From assembly GCA_038924245.1 (NCBI GenBank), contig JBCKVB010000003.1:358-64357 (forward strand): 64,000 nt of DNA, read 5' to 3'. A program made the translations under genes and the position numbers. Below, piece by piece: positions 12,742-25,106 of this stretch. Numbering within the stretch: position 1 is the stretch's first letter; the number at the start of each line of letters is the position of its first letter. Below the pieces are notes generated by a model that was not told where the DNA came from, did no database searches, and worked only from the letters and a program-made list of their open reading frames with translations. The stretch comes from Gammaproteobacteria bacterium (GTDB lineage Bacteria > Pseudomonadota > Gammaproteobacteria > SURF-13).

Positions 12742-12963
12742 GGCATTGTTAAATTAGTATAGGAACCCCCGCTGTGTTGTCATTTCGCCGCTCCTGCGCA
12801 TCGCTATGCCTGCGGCACTTGTGCATCCCTGTACATCGAAGCGTAGCGAGAAATCTGTTACGAATAGCCTTCACTGTAATCAGGGCGTTACAAGATTTCT
12901 CCCGTGGGTCGAAATGACATGTGCGGGATTGATAAGAAATTACTATACTAAATTAACAATGCC
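12742..12963. mobile_element. MITE-like element, 222 bp, 21-bp terminal inverted repeats GGCATTGTTAA(A/T)TTAGTATAG
   Basis: Left end GGCATTGTTAAATTAGTATAG (12742-12762). Right end CTATACTAAATTAACAATGCC (12943-12963) is its reverse complement with 1 mismatch. Inside is a second inverted repeat, TGTCATTTCG/CGAAATGACA, and a diverged copy of the CAGGGATG hairpin repeat. No coding capacity. Confidence 0.7.
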
Positions 12964-12985
12964 GAAATTTTGTAGCCATCCGATT

Positions 12986-14449
12986 TCAGCGTGGCAAATC
13001 CGAGAAACCCATCAAAAACTCATCCGCCGCACGCGCGGCCTGGCGACCCTCACGGATTGCCCATACCACCAGAGACTGGCCGCGCCGCATGTCCCCCGCG
13101 GCGAATACTTTGTCGACCGAAGTCTGGTAGCAGCCGTCGCCATCGGTTGTTGCTTTGGCGTTGCCGCGCGCATCTTTTTCGACAGCGAACGCATCCAGCA
13201 CTTGCGCCACTGGCGACACAAAACCCATCGCCAGCAATACCAAATCCGCTTTCATTTCGAATTCGGAATTCGGCACCTCCTGCATCTTGCCGTCTTTCCA
13301 TTCGACGCGGGCCGCAATCAGCTTCTCGACCTTGCCGCCCTTGCCTTCGAAACGCTTGGTTGCGACCGCCCAACCGCGCTCGCAACCCTCTTCTTGTGAC
13401 GAGGAGGTGCGCAACTTGATCGGCCAGTACGGCCATACCAGCGGCTTATTCTCTTGCTCCGGCGGTTGCGGCATCAGCTCAAATTGGGCAAGGCTGGCAG
13501 TGCCATGGCGGTTGCATGTGCCCACGCAGTCTGAGCCGGTATCGCCACCGCCGATAACAACCACGTGCTTGCCGCTCGCCATGATCTGGTCCTTGAGCTT
13601 GTCACCTGCATCCACCTGGTTTTGCTGCAGCAGGAATTCCATCGCAAAATGGATGCCTTTCAGCTCACGACCAGGTACCGGCAGGTCGCGCGGCAATTCA
13701 GCACCGCCGGCGATGATGAAGGCATCGAATTCTTGATCGAGTTGCTTGGGCGAGATGGTTTTTTTGGCCAAGTTGGTGACGTTGGACGGGAAATCTTTGC
13801 CGATCAACACGCTGGTGCGGAAGCACACGCCTTCGGCTTGCATCTGCTCGACGCGGCGGTCGATATGCGACTTTTCCATCTTGAAGCCCGGAATGCCGTA
13901 ACGCAGCAAACCGCCGACCCGATCGTTTTTCTCGAACACAGTCACGTCGTGACCGACACGCGCGAGTTGCTGGGCTGCAGCCAGACCAGCGGGGCCGGAT
14001 CCAACCACGGCAATTTTTTTACCAGTCTTGAAGGCGGCCGGTTGCGGCATAACCCAGCCGTTTTCCCAACCCTTATCGATGATGAGACGCTCGATTGATT
14101 TGATGCCAACCGCGTCGTTGTTGATGGCAAGCACACAGGCAGATTCGCACGGTGCCGGGCAGATGCGGCCGGTGAATTCGGGGAAGTTGTTGGTCGAATG
14201 CAGCGTCTCTAACGCTTCGCGATAATTGCCGCTATAAACCAGGTCGTTCCAGTCGGGGATAATGTTATTGACCGGGCAACCGGTCATGCAAAACGGCGTG
14301 CCGCAATCCATACAGCGCGCACCCTCTGTTTTCGCTTGCTCATCGTTCAACTGCAGAATGAACTCTTTGTAGTTCTTGACGCGTGAAGCGGCCGGTAAAT
14401 ACGATTCTTTCTGACGCTGAAATTCCATAAAGCCGGTTACTTTACCCAT
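12986..14449 (-). CDS. gltD: glutamate synthase (NADPH) small subunit
   Basis: 487 aa with the Fe-S Cys cluster (CMDCGTPFC...GCPV) and two dinucleotide-binding motifs ([23 protein letters not shown]). Confidence 0.95.
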   Translation of the reverse strand: MGKVTGFMEFQRQKESYLPAASRVKNYKEFILQLNDEQAKTEGARCMDCGTPFCMTGCPVNNIIPDWNDLVYSGNYREALETLHSTNNFPEFTGRICPAPCESACVLAINNDAVGIKSIERLIIDKGWENGWVMPQPAAFKTGKKIAVVGSGPAGLAAAQQLARVGHDVTVFEKNDRVGGLLRYGIPGFKMEKSHIDRRVEQMQAEGVCFRTSVLIGKDFPSNVTNLAKKTISPKQLDQEFDAFIIAGGAELPRDLPVPGRELKGIHFAMEFLLQQNQVDAGDKLKDQIMASGKHVVVIGGGDTGSDCVGTCNRHGTASLAQFELMPQPPEQENKPLVWPYWPIKLRTSSSQEEGCERGWAVATKRFEGKGGKVEKLIAARVEWKDGKMQEVPNSEFEMKADLVLLAMGFVSPVAQVLDAFAVEKDARGNAKATTDGDGCYQTSVDKVFAAGDMRRGQSLVVWAIREGRQAARAADEFLMGFSDLPR

Positions 14450-14589
14450 TGCCTACCTCTGCCTTCTCTAGCTCCCCCGTGGCAGGGGGAGGGTTCGGGG
14501 TCGAATCCCACATCCTTGTTGTCATTGGCTGGAGGCCGATCCCCCATCCTGACCTTCCCCAGCAGGAGGAAGGCACTGGCGGCGCAAAC

Positions 14590-17500
14590 TTATGCTGCAT
14601 TTTTTTCTTTCTGCTGACTAACCACTTGCGCCGCATTCATCTCACCCAATGCGCGCTTGTACTCGTTCGGGAAGACTTTGATAAATTTGTTGCGGCCATT
14701 GGACCAGTCATCCAGCAAGTTGCGCGCGCGCGTGCTGCCGGTGTACTTGAAATGGCGCTCAATCAGGCGTTTTAGAATCGCCTCGTCGGTTTCACTTTGG
14801 TCGCCACGCAGCTGGCTATGCCAGATCGAGCGAGCGACTTTAGCTTCTTGCTCGGCGTGCGCGAGGACAGGTTCCAGCGTGACCATCGCCATATTGCATT
14901 TTTTGGCGAAATCGCCGTCAGGGTCATACACGTAAGCGATACCCCCCGACATACCGGCGGCAAAGTTACGGCCGGTTTCTCCCAACACCACCACGGTGCC
15001 GCCAGTCATGTATTCACAACCATGGTCGCCGACGCCTTCAACCACTGTGATGGCGCCGGAATTGCGCACCGCGAAGCGCTCGCCGGCGACGCCGTTAAAA
15101 AATGCCTCACCGGCAATCGCGCCGTATAACACGGTGTTGCCGATGATGATGTTGTCGACTGCCGAACCGCGAAACTCTGTATGCGGACGGACGATAATGC
15201 GTCCGCCCGACAAACCCTTGCCGACGTAATCATTGCCTTCGCCGACTAGATCCAGCGTGATGCCGTGCGCCAGGAACGCGCCGACCGATTGGCCTGCGGT
15301 GCCTAGCAACTGGATGTGGATGGTGTCGTCGGGCAAGCCTTCGTGACCGTATTTTTTTGCAACGATGCCAGACAGCATGGTGCCGACCGTGCGGTTGACG
15401 TTCCTGACCGGCAAAATGAACGAGACTTTTTCGCCTTTTTCGAGCGCCGCTTTCGCTTGCGCGATCAGCTTATGGTCGAGTGCTTTTTCCAGGCCGTGGT
15501 CTTGCTCTTCCACTTGATAACGCGGTACGGAAGCGGGCACTTCCGGCTGATAGAAAATTTTTCTGAAATCAAGTCCCTTGGCTTTCCAGTGCGAAATCGC
15601 TTTCGATTTGTCGAGCAAGTCGACGCGGCCGATCAAGTCATCAAACGTGCGGATGCCTAGTTGCGCCATCAACTGCCGCGCTTCCTCGGCGACGAAGAAG
15701 AAATAGTTGACCACGTGTTCCGGCTTGCCGGAGAACTTGGCGCGCAGCACCGGGTCTTGTGTCGCGATGCCGACCGAGCAAGTATTGAGGTGGCATTTGC
15801 GCAACATGATACAGCCTTCAACCACCAGCGGCGCGGTCGCGAAACCGATCTCGTCTGCGCCCAGCATGGCTGCGATCACGACATCGCGGCCGGTCTTCAT
15901 TTGGCCATCAGCTTGTACCCGGATGCGGCCGCGCAAACCGTTCAGTACCAGCGTTTGCTGGGTTTCTGCCAAGCCCAATTCCCACGGCGTTCCCGCATGT
16001 TTGAGCGAAGACAAAGGCGAGGCGCCGGTGCCGCCGTCATGGCCGGCGATCACCACGTGATCGGCCTTGGCCTTGGTGACGCCGACCGTGACCGTGCCAA
16101 CCCCGACTTCGGACACCAACTTGACGGAGATCGACGCTCTTGGATTTGCATTTTTCAAATCGTGAATCAGCTGCGCCAAGTCTTCGATCGAATAAATATC
16201 GTGATGCGGCGGCGGCGAAATCAAGCCGACGCCCGGCACCGAGAAACGCAATCTGGCGATATATTCAGACACCTTGTAGCCCGGCAACTGTCCGCCTTCG
16301 CCCGGCTTGGCGCCTTGCGCCATCTTGATCTGGATTTGGTCGGCGGAATTCAAATACGCTGCTGTCACGCCGAAGCGGCCCGCCGCGACTTGCTTGATCC
16401 TGGAACGCACCGAATCGCCATCTTGCAATGCAATATCGACTTCAACCTGGTCACGGCCGATGACGGATGCCATGGTCTCGCCCTGCTTGATCGGGATGCC
16501 TTTCATCTCCTGGCGATAGCGACTCGGATCTTCACCGCCTTCGCCGGTGTTGGACTTGCCGCCGATGCGGTTCATCGCGACCGCCAGCGTGGCGTGCGCT
16601 TCGGTGCTGATCGAGCCAAGCGACATTGCGCCGGTGGAGAAGCGCTTGACGATTTCTTTCGCCGGCTCGACTTCATCTAGCGCAATCGCCTTGGACGGGT
16701 CCAGCTTGAATTCAAACAAACCGCGCAGGGTCATGTGCCGCTTGCTTTGGTCGTTGATGATCTGCGCATACTCTTTGTAGGTGCTGAAATTATTGGATCG
16801 GGTCGAATGCTGCAGCTTGGCAATCGCATCCGGCGTCCACATGTGCTCTTCGCCGCGCACGCGGAACGCGTATTCGCCACCGGCATCGAGCGCATGCGCC
16901 AGCACCGGGTCGTTGCCGAAGGCTTGCTGGTGCAGACGCAACGCCTCTTCTGCCACTTCGAGTACGCCGATACCTTCGATATTGGATGCAGTGCCTTTGA
17001 AGTACTTGTCCATCAACGATTTATTCAAGCCGATCGCTTCGAAAATCTGCGCGCCGCAGTACGACATGTAAGTCGAAATGCCCATTTTCGACATCACCTT
17101 CAGCAAGCCCTTGTTGAGCGCTTTCTGGAAATTGTAGATGGCTTTTTCCGGCGACAAATCGCCGGGCAATCTCTTGGCCATTTCCGCCAGCGTATCCATT
17201 GCCAGATACGGGTGGATCGCCTCCGCGCCGAAACCAGCGAGCAGCGCGAAATGATGCGTTTCACGGGCAGAACCGGTTTCCACCACCAAGCCGGTCGACG
17301 TGCGAAAACCCTTGCTGACCAGATGCAAATGGATTGCCGACGTCGCGAGCAAGGCCGGGATCGCCACTTGCTCGGCGTCCACCTTGCGGTCGGACACGAT
17401 CAGGATGTTGTGGCCTGATTTGACCGCATCCACCGCTTGCGCACACAGCGATGCCAGGCGCACTTCCATGCCTTCTTTACCCCAAGCCACCGGATAGCAA

Positions 17501-19332
17501 ATATTCAGTTCGTGCGATTTGAACTTGCCGCCGGTGTGGGCGCTGATGTTGCGCAGTTTGGCGATGTCTGCATAGTCCAGAATCGGCTGCGACACTTCCA
17601 AGCGCATCGGCGGATTGATGTTATGGGTGTCGAGCAGGTTCGGCCTGGGGCCGATGAAGGACACCAGCGACATCACCATCGCTTCGCGGATCGGATCGAT
17701 CGGCGGGTTGGTCACTTGCGCGAACATCTGCTTGAAGTAGTGATACAGCGGTTTGAGCTTGTTGGACATCACTGCCAGCGGCGAGTCGTTGCCCATTGAG
17801 CCAGTCGCTTCTTCGGCATTCAGCGCCATCGGCGACATCAGTAGCTTGAGATCTTCTTGTGTGTAGCCGAATGCCTGCTGACGGTCGAGCAAGGATGCGG
17901 TGGTTTTTTCTGCCGATGTCCGCGTCTTGATGTCATCGAGCTTAATTTCGTTGAGCTTAATACGCACAGAATTGATCCACGCCTTGTAAGGCTTGGCGTT
18001 GGCGTAGATATCTTTGATTTCCTTGTCATCGATGAGGCGGCCGGCTTCGAGGTCGATTAGGAACATCTTGCCCGGTTGCAGACGCCATTTCTTGATGATC
18101 TTGGATTCCGGAATCGGCAGCACGCCGGCTTCGGATGCCATCACCACCAAGTCGTCATCGGTTACGATATAACGCGCGGGACGCAAGCCGTTGCGATCCA
18201 GGGTGCCACCGATGTAACGACCATCGGTGAACGCCATCGCGGCGGGGCCATCCCACGGCTCCATCATCGCGGCGTGATATTCGTAGAAGGCGCGGCGGTT
18301 GTCGTCCATCAACGTGTGGTTTTCCCATGCTTCCGGGATCATCATCATCATCGCTTGCGCGATCGGATAGCCTGCCATCAGCAGCAGTTCAAGCGCGTCA
18401 TCGAAGCACGCGGTGTCGGACTGGCCCTCGTAAATCAGCGGGAACAATTTTTGCAAATCGTCGCCTAGCACGGCGGATTTCATCACGCCTTCACGCGCGC
18501 GCATCCAGTTGACATTGCCCTTGACAGTATTGATCTCGCCGTTGTGGGCGATCAGGCGATAGGGGTGGGCCAGCGGCCATTCCGGAAAGGTATTGGTCGA
18601 GAAGCGTTGATGCACCAGTGCCAATGCGGAAACGCAGCGCGCATCCTGCAAGTCTTTGTAATAGACGCCGACTTGATCCGCCAGCAGCAAACCCTTGTAG
18701 ACAATGGTACGGGCCGACATCGACGACACGAAAAATTCCTTGCCGTGGATCAAATTTAGCGCCCGGATCGCATGACCGGAAGACTTGCGAATCACGTACA
18801 GTTTACGTTCCAGCGCATCGGTCACCATGATGTTTGGACCGTGACCTATGTAGATCTGGCGGATCACCGGCTCTTTTTCACGCACCGTGGGCGACATCGG
18901 CATCTCGGTGTCGATCGGCACGTTGCGCCAACCCAGCACGACCTGGCCTTCGGCGCGCACCGCACGTTCTATCTCTTGCTCGCACGCGATGCGGGATGCA
19001 TTTTCTTTCGGCAAAAAAATCATGCCAACGCCATATTCTCCGGGCGGCGGCAGTTCGACACCCTGCTTGGCCATCTCTTCGCGATAGTACTGATCCGGCA
19101 ACTGAATCAGAATGCCCGCGCCGTCGCCCATCAACTTGTCGGCACCGACCGCGCCGCGATGGGCGAGATTCTTCAGGATGAGCAAGCCTTGCTCAACGAT
19201 CGAATGACTTTTATTGCCTTTAATATGGGCGATGAAACCGATGCCGCAGGCATCATGCTCGTTAGCGGGGTTGTACAGGCCGTGTTGCTGGAGGTGTTGA
19301 ATTTTGGCTTCGATGCCGTGCTTGTGCTCCAT
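14590..19332 (-). CDS. gltB: glutamate synthase (NADPH) large subunit
   Basis: Contains the amidotransferase N-terminus (…[13 protein letters not shown]), FMN domain and GXGXG C-terminal domain. The ORF-track start is GTG 19383. I prefer ATG 19332 ([10 protein letters not shown]…), which has AGAGGA 8 nt upstream. Confidence 0.95.
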   Translation of the reverse strand: MEHKHGIEAKIQHLQQHGLYNPANEHDACGIGFIAHIKGNKSHSIVEQGLLILKNLAHRGAVGADKLMGDGAGILIQLPDQYYREEMAKQGVELPPPGEYGVGMIFLPKENASRIACEQEIERAVRAEGQVVLGWRNVPIDTEMPMSPTVREKEPVIRQIYIGHGPNIMVTDALERKLYVIRKSSGHAIRALNLIHGKEFFVSSMSARTIVYKGLLLADQVGVYYKDLQDARCVSALALVHQRFSTNTFPEWPLAHPYRLIAHNGEINTVKGNVNWMRAREGVMKSAVLGDDLQKLFPLIYEGQSDTACFDDALELLLMAGYPIAQAMMMMIPEAWENHTLMDDNRRAFYEYHAAMMEPWDGPAAMAFTDGRYIGGTLDRNGLRPARYIVTDDDLVVMASEAGVLPIPESKIIKKWRLQPGKMFLIDLEAGRLIDDKEIKDIYANAKPYKAWINSVRIKLNEIKLDDIKTRTSAEKTTASLLDRQQAFGYTQEDLKLLMSPMALNAEEATGSMGNDSPLAVMSNKLKPLYHYFKQMFAQVTNPPIDPIREAMVMSLVSFIGPRPNLLDTHNINPPMRLEVSQPILDYADIAKLRNISAHTGGKFKSHELNICYPVAWGKEGMEVRLASLCAQAVDAVKSGHNILIVSDRKVDAEQVAIPALLATSAIHLHLVSKGFRTSTGLVVETGSARETHHFALLAGFGAEAIHPYLAMDTLAEMAKRLPGDLSPEKAIYNFQKALNKGLLKVMSKMGISTYMSYCGAQIFEAIGLNKSLMDKYFKGTASNIEGIGVLEVAEEALRLHQQAFGNDPVLAHALDAGGEYAFRVRGEEHMWTPDAIAKLQHSTRSNNFSTYKEYAQIINDQSKRHMTLRGLFEFKLDPSKAIALDEVEPAKEIVKRFSTGAMSLGSISTEAHATLAVAMNRIGGKSNTGEGGEDPSRYRQEMKGIPIKQGETMASVIGRDQVEVDIALQDGDSVRSRIKQVAAGRFGVTAAYLNSADQIQIKMAQGAKPGEGGQLPGYKVSEYIARLRFSVPGVGLISPPPHHDIYSIEDLAQLIHDLKNANPRASISVKLVSEVGVGTVTVGVTKAKADHVVIAGHDGGTGASPLSSLKHAGTPWELGLAETQQTLVLNGLRGRIRVQADGQMKTGRDVVIAAMLGADEIGFATAPLVVEGCIMLRKCHLNTCSVGIATQDPVLRAKFSGKPEHVVNYFFFVAEEARQLMAQLGIRTFDDLIGRVDLLDKSKAISHWKAKGLDFRKIFYQPEVPASVPRYQVEEQDHGLEKALDHKLIAQAKAALEKGEKVSFILPVRNVNRTVGTMLSGIVAKKYGHEGLPDDTIHIQLLGTAGQSVGAFLAHGITLDLVGEGNDYVGKGLSGGRIIVRPHTEFRGSAVDNIIIGNTVLYGAIAGEAFFNGVAGERFAVRNSGAITVVEGVGDHGCEYMTGGTVVVLGETGRNFAAGMSGGIAYVYDPDGDFAKKCNMAMVTLEPVLAHAEQEAKVARSIWHSQLRGDQSETDEAILKRLIERHFKYTGSTRARNLLDDWSNGRNKFIKVFPNEYKRALGEMNAAQVVSQQKEKNAA

Positions 19333-19409
19333 AGCGCATTCCTCTATTTTTCGCAGGGCAGATAATGGAAACTCATAGTACACGGCAACAACAATGCCAA
19401 GAAAAATAA

Positions 19410-19490
19410 GGCATTGTTAATTTAGTATAGCTTCCAGGCCCCCATTCCATTTAAGCATGAGAAGCATCACCGAATTAAATTAACAATGCC
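19410..19490. repeat. 81-bp element with the same terminal repeat as the 12742-12963 MITE, immediately upstream of gltB
   Basis: GGCATTGTTAATTTAGTATAG (19410-19430) and AATTAAATTAACAATGCC (19473-19490) match over 16 bp when inverted. An extra AACAATGCC half-site at 19390-19398 can pair with 19410-19418. Confidence 0.65.
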
Positions 19491-19550
19491 GACACGCAAA
19501 GGGTCTATCAGTATAACGCTGGTGGGTTTTTTTCTCAACGCGGGAAAGCG

Positions 19551-20699
19551 TTATGACGACTCTGTGGGGTTGAACAGGCGCTGATATTCGGCGATGGCGT
19601 AGCGGTCGGTCATGCCGGCGATGTAATCGGCCACCGCGCGCGCGCGGCCCGCTTTGTCCTGGGGCTGCTCCAGCGCCTGCGCCTTGGCCGCGAACTCCGG
19701 CGGCAGCAGGCCGGGCTCGCTGAAAAACGCCTCGAACAGCGCGCGCAGGGTGCGCGCGGCCTTGTTGGTCATGCGCTGCACACGGTAGTGCTTGTACAGA
19801 TACCGGCGCAGGAACTGTTTCAATTCCAGGCTTTGCGCGCGCATCGCGTCGCTGAAGCCGATCAAGGGTTCGGCCAGGCGGCGCACGGCGGCGCTGTTTT
19901 CAGGCGCGGCGCGCTCGATGCGCGCGCGGCTGGTATCCACCAGGTCCACGATCTGCGCGTTAATCATGCGCCGTACCGACTCATGAATGGCGCGCCGTAC
20001 CGGGAGGTCAGGATAGGATTTTTTGACGCGTTCATATTGCACGCGGAATAGTTCAATCTCGGCCAGTTGCTCCAGGGTGATGAGACCGGAGCGCAGGCCG
20101 TCGTCCACGTCGTGACTGTTGTAAGCAACCTCGTCGGCAAGATTGGCAAGCTGCGCCTCCAGGCCGGGTTGGGTTTTATTCAAGAAGCGCGCGCCCAGCT
20201 CGCCCAGTTCCCTGGCCTTGGCGGGCGAGCAATGCTTGAGGATGCCCTCGCGCGTCTCGAAGGTGAGGTTCAAGCCCTGAAACTCCGCGTAACGCTCTTC
20301 CAGTTCGTCCACCACGCGCAGCGATTGCAGATTGTGTTCAAAGCCGCCGAACTCGCGCATGCAGTCATTCAACGCATCCTGACCGGCGTGGCCGAACGGC
20401 GTGTGGCCGAGGTCGTGCGCGAGCGCGATGGCCTCGGCCAGGTCTTCGTTGAGCGCGAGCGCGCGCGACACCGAACGCGCGATCTGCGCTACCTCGATGG
20501 AATGGGTGAGCCGGGTGCGGAACATGTCGCCTTCGTGATTCACGAACACCTGGGTCTTGTACTCCAGGCGCCGAAACGCCGCGCTGTGCACGATGCGGTC
20601 GCGGTCGCGCTGATACTCGCTACGGTAGGCGGGCGCGGCCTCTTGATAGCGCCGCCCGCGCGATGTGGCCGGGTCGTCAGCGTAGGGAGCGAGCGTCAT
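19551..20699 (-). CDS. dgt: dGTPase-like HD-domain triphosphohydrolase
   Basis: 382 aa. [22 protein letters not shown]...RLTHSIEV and [10 protein letters not shown] are motifs of the Dgt-like family. It overlaps the aroB stop by 4 nt. Confidence 0.9.
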   Translation of the reverse strand: MTLAPYADDPATSRGRRYQEAAPAYRSEYQRDRDRIVHSAAFRRLEYKTQVFVNHEGDMFRTRLTHSIEVAQIARSVSRALALNEDLAEAIALAHDLGHTPFGHAGQDALNDCMREFGGFEHNLQSLRVVDELEERYAEFQGLNLTFETREGILKHCSPAKARELGELGARFLNKTQPGLEAQLANLADEVAYNSHDVDDGLRSGLITLEQLAEIELFRVQYERVKKSYPDLPVRRAIHESVRRMINAQIVDLVDTSRARIERAAPENSAAVRRLAEPLIGFSDAMRAQSLELKQFLRRYLYKHYRVQRMTNKAARTLRALFEAFFSEPGLLPPEFAAKAQALEQPQDKAGRARAVADYIAGMTDRYAIAEYQRLFNPTESS

Positions 20700-21793
20700 G
20701 CGTGTGCAGGAAAGGCGCTGCCGGACTGGCGCAGTGTCTCAATGAGTTTAGCGGCGGGGAAATCGGCCGTAAGCACCGCTTGGCCGATACCTTTCAACAG
20801 CACCAGCCGCGGCTTTCCCTCGGTTGCCTTTTTATCCACCGCCATCAGCTCCAGAAAACGCTCCACGCCGAGTTGCTTAGGGGAGGCCACCGGCAGGCGC
20901 GCGCGCCCAATCAAGCGCACGATGCGTTGCAGATCGCCGGGTGGTGTCCAGCCTAAACGGTGCGATAAATCCGCCGCGAGACACATGCCCGCGGCCACCG
21001 CCTCGCCATGCAGCCAGGCGCCGTAGCCCATGCCGGTCTCGATCGCGTGACCGAAGGTGTGGCCGAAATTGAGCAGCGCGCGCACGCCGGACTCGCGCTC
21101 GTCTTGCGCCACGATAGCGGCCTTGTTGCGGCACGAGCGCTCGATGGCGAAGGCTAGGGCTTTTTCATCACGTTGCAGCAGGCTGTCCATATTCGCTTCC
21201 AGCCAGTCAAAAAACTCCCGGTCGCCAATCAGGCCGTATTTAATCACCTCGGCAAGACCCGCAGAGAGTTCGCGCTCCGGCAAGGTGCGCAGGGTATCGG
21301 TATCGGCGATCACGCAGTTCGGCTGGTAAAACGCGCCGATCATGTTTTTGCCCAGCGCGTGATTGACGCCGGTCTTGCCGCCCACCGAGGAATCCACCTG
21401 CGCGAGCAGCGTGGTGGGTATCTGGATGTAGGGCACGCCGCGTTGATAAACCGCCGCGGCAAAGCCGGTGAGGTCGCCGATCACACCGCCACCGAGTGCG
21501 ATGAGCGTAGTGCTACGGTCGCAGCGCTTGCGCAGCAACTCATCGAAGATCAGGTTGAGCGTTTCCAGCGTTTTGTATTGCTCGCCGTCGGGCAATACGA
21601 GTGTGTGGCAGTCAAACCCCTTGAGCGCCGCGAGGGTTTGGTCGAGATACAGCGGAGCCACGGTGACGTTGCTCACCACCAGCACCTGTTTGCCGCTGAT
21701 GTGCGGAGCAAGCAAATCGCCGCGGTTCAACAGGCCGCCGCCGATGTAGATCGGGTAGCTGCGCGCGCCGAGATCGAGCTTCAGGGTTTGCAT
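20696..21793 (-). CDS. aroB: 3-dehydroquinate synthase
   Basis: 365 aa with motifs [14 protein letters not shown] and HTFGHAIE. Confidence 0.95.
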   Translation of the reverse strand: MQTLKLDLGARSYPIYIGGGLLNRGDLLAPHISGKQVLVVSNVTVAPLYLDQTLAALKGFDCHTLVLPDGEQYKTLETLNLIFDELLRKRCDRSTTLIALGGGVIGDLTGFAAAVYQRGVPYIQIPTTLLAQVDSSVGGKTGVNHALGKNMIGAFYQPNCVIADTDTLRTLPERELSAGLAEVIKYGLIGDREFFDWLEANMDSLLQRDEKALAFAIERSCRNKAAIVAQDERESGVRALLNFGHTFGHAIETGMGYGAWLHGEAVAAGMCLAADLSHRLGWTPPGDLQRIVRLIGRARLPVASPKQLGVERFLELMAVDKKATEGKPRLVLLKGIGQAVLTADFPAAKLIETLRQSGSAFPAHA

Positions 21794-21815
21794 GAGGCCA
21801 TTATCTCAGCATCGG

Positions 21816-22370
21816 CTAATGCAAGCCAGAACGCCGTGGCTGACTTTCCAATCCCAGGCGGGTCAGGATTTCCTCCACCACGCTGTTCACGCCGCGCCCG
21901 CCGGTCTCGATTACGATGTCCGCGATTTCCCGGTACAGCGGATCACGCACGCGCAGCAGCTCTTCCAGGCGCGCGCGCGGGTCGGCGGTGTGCAGCAGGG
22001 GACGGTGACGGCTGTTGGCGGTGCGCCTCAAAAGCTGTTCGACAGGCGCATGGAGATAAATGCTCCGCCCATGTTGGGCAAGCAGCGCGCGGTTGGCCGG
22101 CTCCAGCACCGCGCCGCCGCCGGTGGCGAGCACCAGAGGGCCGAGCTGGACCAATTCCGCGAGCACCACCTTCTCGCGCGCCCGGAAGCCGGCTTCGCCC
22201 TCCAGCTCAAAGATGAGCGAAATGGCTGCGCCGGTGCGTTGTTCGATCTCGTGGTCGCTGTCGCGGAATGGCAGATGCAGGTGTTTGGCGAGCGCCTTGC
22301 CGAGCGTGGTTTTACCCGACCCCATCAGCCCCACCAGAAAAAGATTGCCCGGCTTGGTCATGCCGGGCAT
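21816..22370 (-). CDS. aroK: shikimate kinase
   Basis: Has [20 protein letters not shown] (P-loop). It lies in the conserved pilQ-aroK-aroB order. The start could be 22370 or 22361. Confidence 0.9.
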   Translation of the reverse strand: MPGMTKPGNLFLVGLMGSGKTTLGKALAKHLHLPFRDSDHEIEQRTGAAISLIFELEGEAGFRAREKVVLAELVQLGPLVLATGGGAVLEPANRALLAQHGRSIYLHAPVEQLLRRTANSRHRPLLHTADPRARLEELLRVRDPLYREIADIVIETGGRGVNSVVEEILTRLGLESQPRRSGLH

Positions 22371-22425
22371 CTTTTCATGTATTGCAAAGATAAATCAAGG
22401 GGCGCGCGGCCCCGCGGCTTCTGTG

Positions 22426-24567
22426 CTATTGGGCAAGACCAATGGTCTGCTCCAGTATCTTCGGTGTGACGAAGATCAGCAACTCGGACTTGTCATCCTG
22501 TTCAAGGGTGCGTTTGAATAAAAATCCCACGTAGGGCAGGTCGCCGAAAAACGGCACCCGATCCGAAATTGTACGTGCCGTGGAGGTATAGGTCCCGCCC
22601 AGCACCACCGTCTCGCCGTTACCCACCACCACCTGGGTGGTGACCACGCGCGTGTTGATGATGGGGATAGACGAAAACTCCCCCGTTGGGATGGTGAGCT
22701 CACTCATGGTATCCCTCTTCACCGTGAGATCCATAATGATGTGATTGTCCGGCGTGATCATGGGTTTCACCTTCAGGCTCAATACCGCTTTGCGGAAAGT
22801 GACCGTAACGGCGCCGCTGGAGCTTGCCTCCAGATAGGGTATTTCCACGCCCTCCTCGATGGTGGCCTCTGTTTGATTGGCGGTGACCACGCGCGGATTG
22901 GAGATCACCTCACCGCGATTCTCGGCCTGTAACGCGGACAGCTCCAGGTCCAGCAGGGTGCCGAAGGGCAGCTTGGCCAAGGCGAGGGCGATGGAAGGTC
23001 CGGTTATGGGTAAATTGACGTTCAGCCTGCCGGGTAGGGTGAGTCCTGTAATGGGGACATTAGTAATAAGTTGAGTTGTTGCGCCGAGAGTCCCGGATAG
23101 GGCCGCCATCTTTCCGGTTGTGGCCGCACCACCAGTATCCCTGCTCACCCCAAAGCGGACACCCAGGTCTTTGCTGAAGTTGTCATCCGCGATCACGATG
23201 CGTGACTCGATCAGCACCTGGCGCTGCGGAATATCGAGTGTGCTGACCAGTTTTCTCACCTCGGCCAGCTTGTCCTCGGTGTCCTGCACCAGCAGGGTAT
23301 TGGTACGGTCATCCACGCTGACATTGCCGCGCGGCGAGAGCAGCGAGTTCTCCTTGGCCTTGAGCAGCGTGGCCAGGTCCGCCGCCTTGGCGTAATTCAC
23401 GCGGATGAACTCGGAGCGCAGTGGAGCGAGCTCGACCACCTGCTTCCTGGCCCCCAGTTCCAGCTTTTCACGCGCCGCGACCTCTTCGATGGGCGCGACT
23501 TCCATGACGTTACCCGCCTGGCGCATGCTGAGACCCTTGCTCTTTAAAATGATGTCCAGCGCCTGATCCCACGGCACGTTTTGCAGGCGCAGGGTCAGGT
23601 TGCCGGTGACCTTGTCACTGGTGACCAGGTTCTGGCCGGTGAAGTCGGCGATGAGCTGCAGCACGGAGCGCACCGGGATGTCCTGGAAGTTGAGCGAGAG
23701 TTTCTCGCCGCTATAGCCGGCCTTCTTTTTGTCCGCCACATCCAGCTCGGTCTTGGTGACCGGCTTCACCTCGATGGTGAACACATTGTCCGCCTGGTAG
23801 GCGATATGTTCGTATTCACCTTGTGCGGTGATCGCCAGACGCGTGTTGCCGCCCTGGCGTGAGGTCTCCACGATTTTCACGGGGGTGGCGAAATCCGCCA
23901 CGTCCAGTCTGCGCTCCAATTCATCTGGAACGCTGGTGTTTAAAAAGTCGGCGATGATCTGGCCGCCTTCCTGATGCACGTCCACGCTGGTCGCCGGATG
24001 AGAGAGCGATACGATGATGCGCGCCTCGCCTTTCTCGCCGCGCCGGAAATCAATGTTGCTCAAGCTGTGCTTCGCGGTGGCGGTCGTGGGTGCGGCCGCC
24101 CTGGCCGCGCTCGCCATCGCCTCACCGCCGCTCGCGTCCAGGGTCAGATAGATATCATTACCTTCCGCGCGCGTTTCATAGGGAACCAGTTGGTCGAGGT
24201 TGAGCACCACGCGCGTGCGCCCCTTGGCGCTGGCCACGTTGACGCTACGTACCGCGCCGAGCCCGATGGTTTGCGAGCTTTTCGCCAGGCTGTGCGCGGT
24301 GTCGGCGAAATCCAGCACGATGCGCGCCGGGTTGTCTATGGTAAAGCTGAGCGGCGCGGACGGCGGCGCGGAGTGCCTAAGCTTGATTTGCACCTTGCCG
24401 CCGGGCAGGGACGAACTGCTGATCTCTTGCAGCGTGGGGCCGTTCGCCGCCGGTTCGGACTGTGCCCACGCGCCACAAAGCATCAGGGCTAGCGCAAGCA
24501 CTGTTGCGTAGCGCGCGCGCACTGTGAGAGGAAAAGATTTTTTTGTATTCGATAATATCAGGGTCAT
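22426..24567 (-). CDS. pilQ: type IV pilus secretin PilQ
   Basis: 713 aa with N-terminal AMIN-like repeats and a C-terminal secretin domain (…VPFFGDLPYVGFLFK…LLIFVTPKIL). Confidence 0.95.
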   Translation of the reverse strand: MTLILSNTKKSFPLTVRARYATVLALALMLCGAWAQSEPAANGPTLQEISSSSLPGGKVQIKLRHSAPPSAPLSFTIDNPARIVLDFADTAHSLAKSSQTIGLGAVRSVNVASAKGRTRVVLNLDQLVPYETRAEGNDIYLTLDASGGEAMASAARAAAPTTATAKHSLSNIDFRRGEKGEARIIVSLSHPATSVDVHQEGGQIIADFLNTSVPDELERRLDVADFATPVKIVETSRQGGNTRLAITAQGEYEHIAYQADNVFTIEVKPVTKTELDVADKKKAGYSGEKLSLNFQDIPVRSVLQLIADFTGQNLVTSDKVTGNLTLRLQNVPWDQALDIILKSKGLSMRQAGNVMEVAPIEEVAAREKLELGARKQVVELAPLRSEFIRVNYAKAADLATLLKAKENSLLSPRGNVSVDDRTNTLLVQDTEDKLAEVRKLVSTLDIPQRQVLIESRIVIADDNFSKDLGVRFGVSRDTGGAATTGKMAALSGTLGATTQLITNVPITGLTLPGRLNVNLPITGPSIALALAKLPFGTLLDLELSALQAENRGEVISNPRVVTANQTEATIEEGVEIPYLEASSSGAVTVTFRKAVLSLKVKPMITPDNHIIMDLTVKRDTMSELTIPTGEFSSIPIINTRVVTTQVVVGNGETVVLGGTYTSTARTISDRVPFFGDLPYVGFLFKRTLEQDDKSELLIFVTPKILEQTIGLAQ

Positions 24568-25106
24568 TTCTTTACCCCTCCTTCGGTCGGTTCACTGAGC
24601 GCCAAGGAAGCCGGGCGTTCGATCCAGCCTCCCTGTCCATCGTCCACGATTTCGATCAAGTCGGTGCCTTGTTCGGTGATAGCTACGATCTTGCCGTCAT
24701 TCTGTCCCATGTAGTTCCCCACTTGCGCGCGGTGTACCGCGCCTTCTTGATCCTGGATGAGCGACCACTGTTGGACGTCGCGCGCCAGCGTGCCCACCAT
24801 GCGCAGGCTGTCCAGCGCATAGTCTTCCAAGGGCTCCCTGGCCCGGTTGGGATCGGGCCGGAGAGCATTGCCTTCGCCGCCCGAGGCGGCGGTACTGAGC
24901 CGGGAAGGCGTGAACGGGTCGCGCGCGCCTGCAGCCTCATACGTGAAGCTGTCATACGTTTTGACCACAGGCAGCGGCTCGATGGGCGCCACGGGCCGCG
25001 CCTTGACTTCATCCACATAGTGGCGCACTTCATCCAGGTTGTCGCCGCCGCAGCCGGCAAGCAGGACGCAGAGCGCAATGACTGATTGAGCGCGGGAGCG
25101 GCTCAT
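24564..25106 (-). CDS. pilP: type IV pilus assembly lipoprotein PilP
   Basis: 180 aa with a lipobox (LLAGC). It sits between pilO and pilQ with 4-nt overlaps. Confidence 0.85.
   Translation of the reverse strand: MSRSRAQSVIALCVLLAGCGGDNLDEVRHYVDEVKARPVAPIEPLPVVKTYDSFTYEAAGARDPFTPSRLSTAASGGEGNALRPDPNRAREPLEDYALDSLRMVGTLARDVQQWSLIQDQEGAVHRAQVGNYMGQNDGKIVAITEQGTDLIEIVDDGQGGWIERPASLALSEPTEGGVKK

Noticed and set aside
14470-14510. tRNA-like T-arm (GGGGTCGAATCCC) in the gltB-gltD spacer
   Set aside because: There is only a T-loop-like word. No acceptor, D or anticodon arms can be drawn. It is part of a G-rich REP-type hairpin element.
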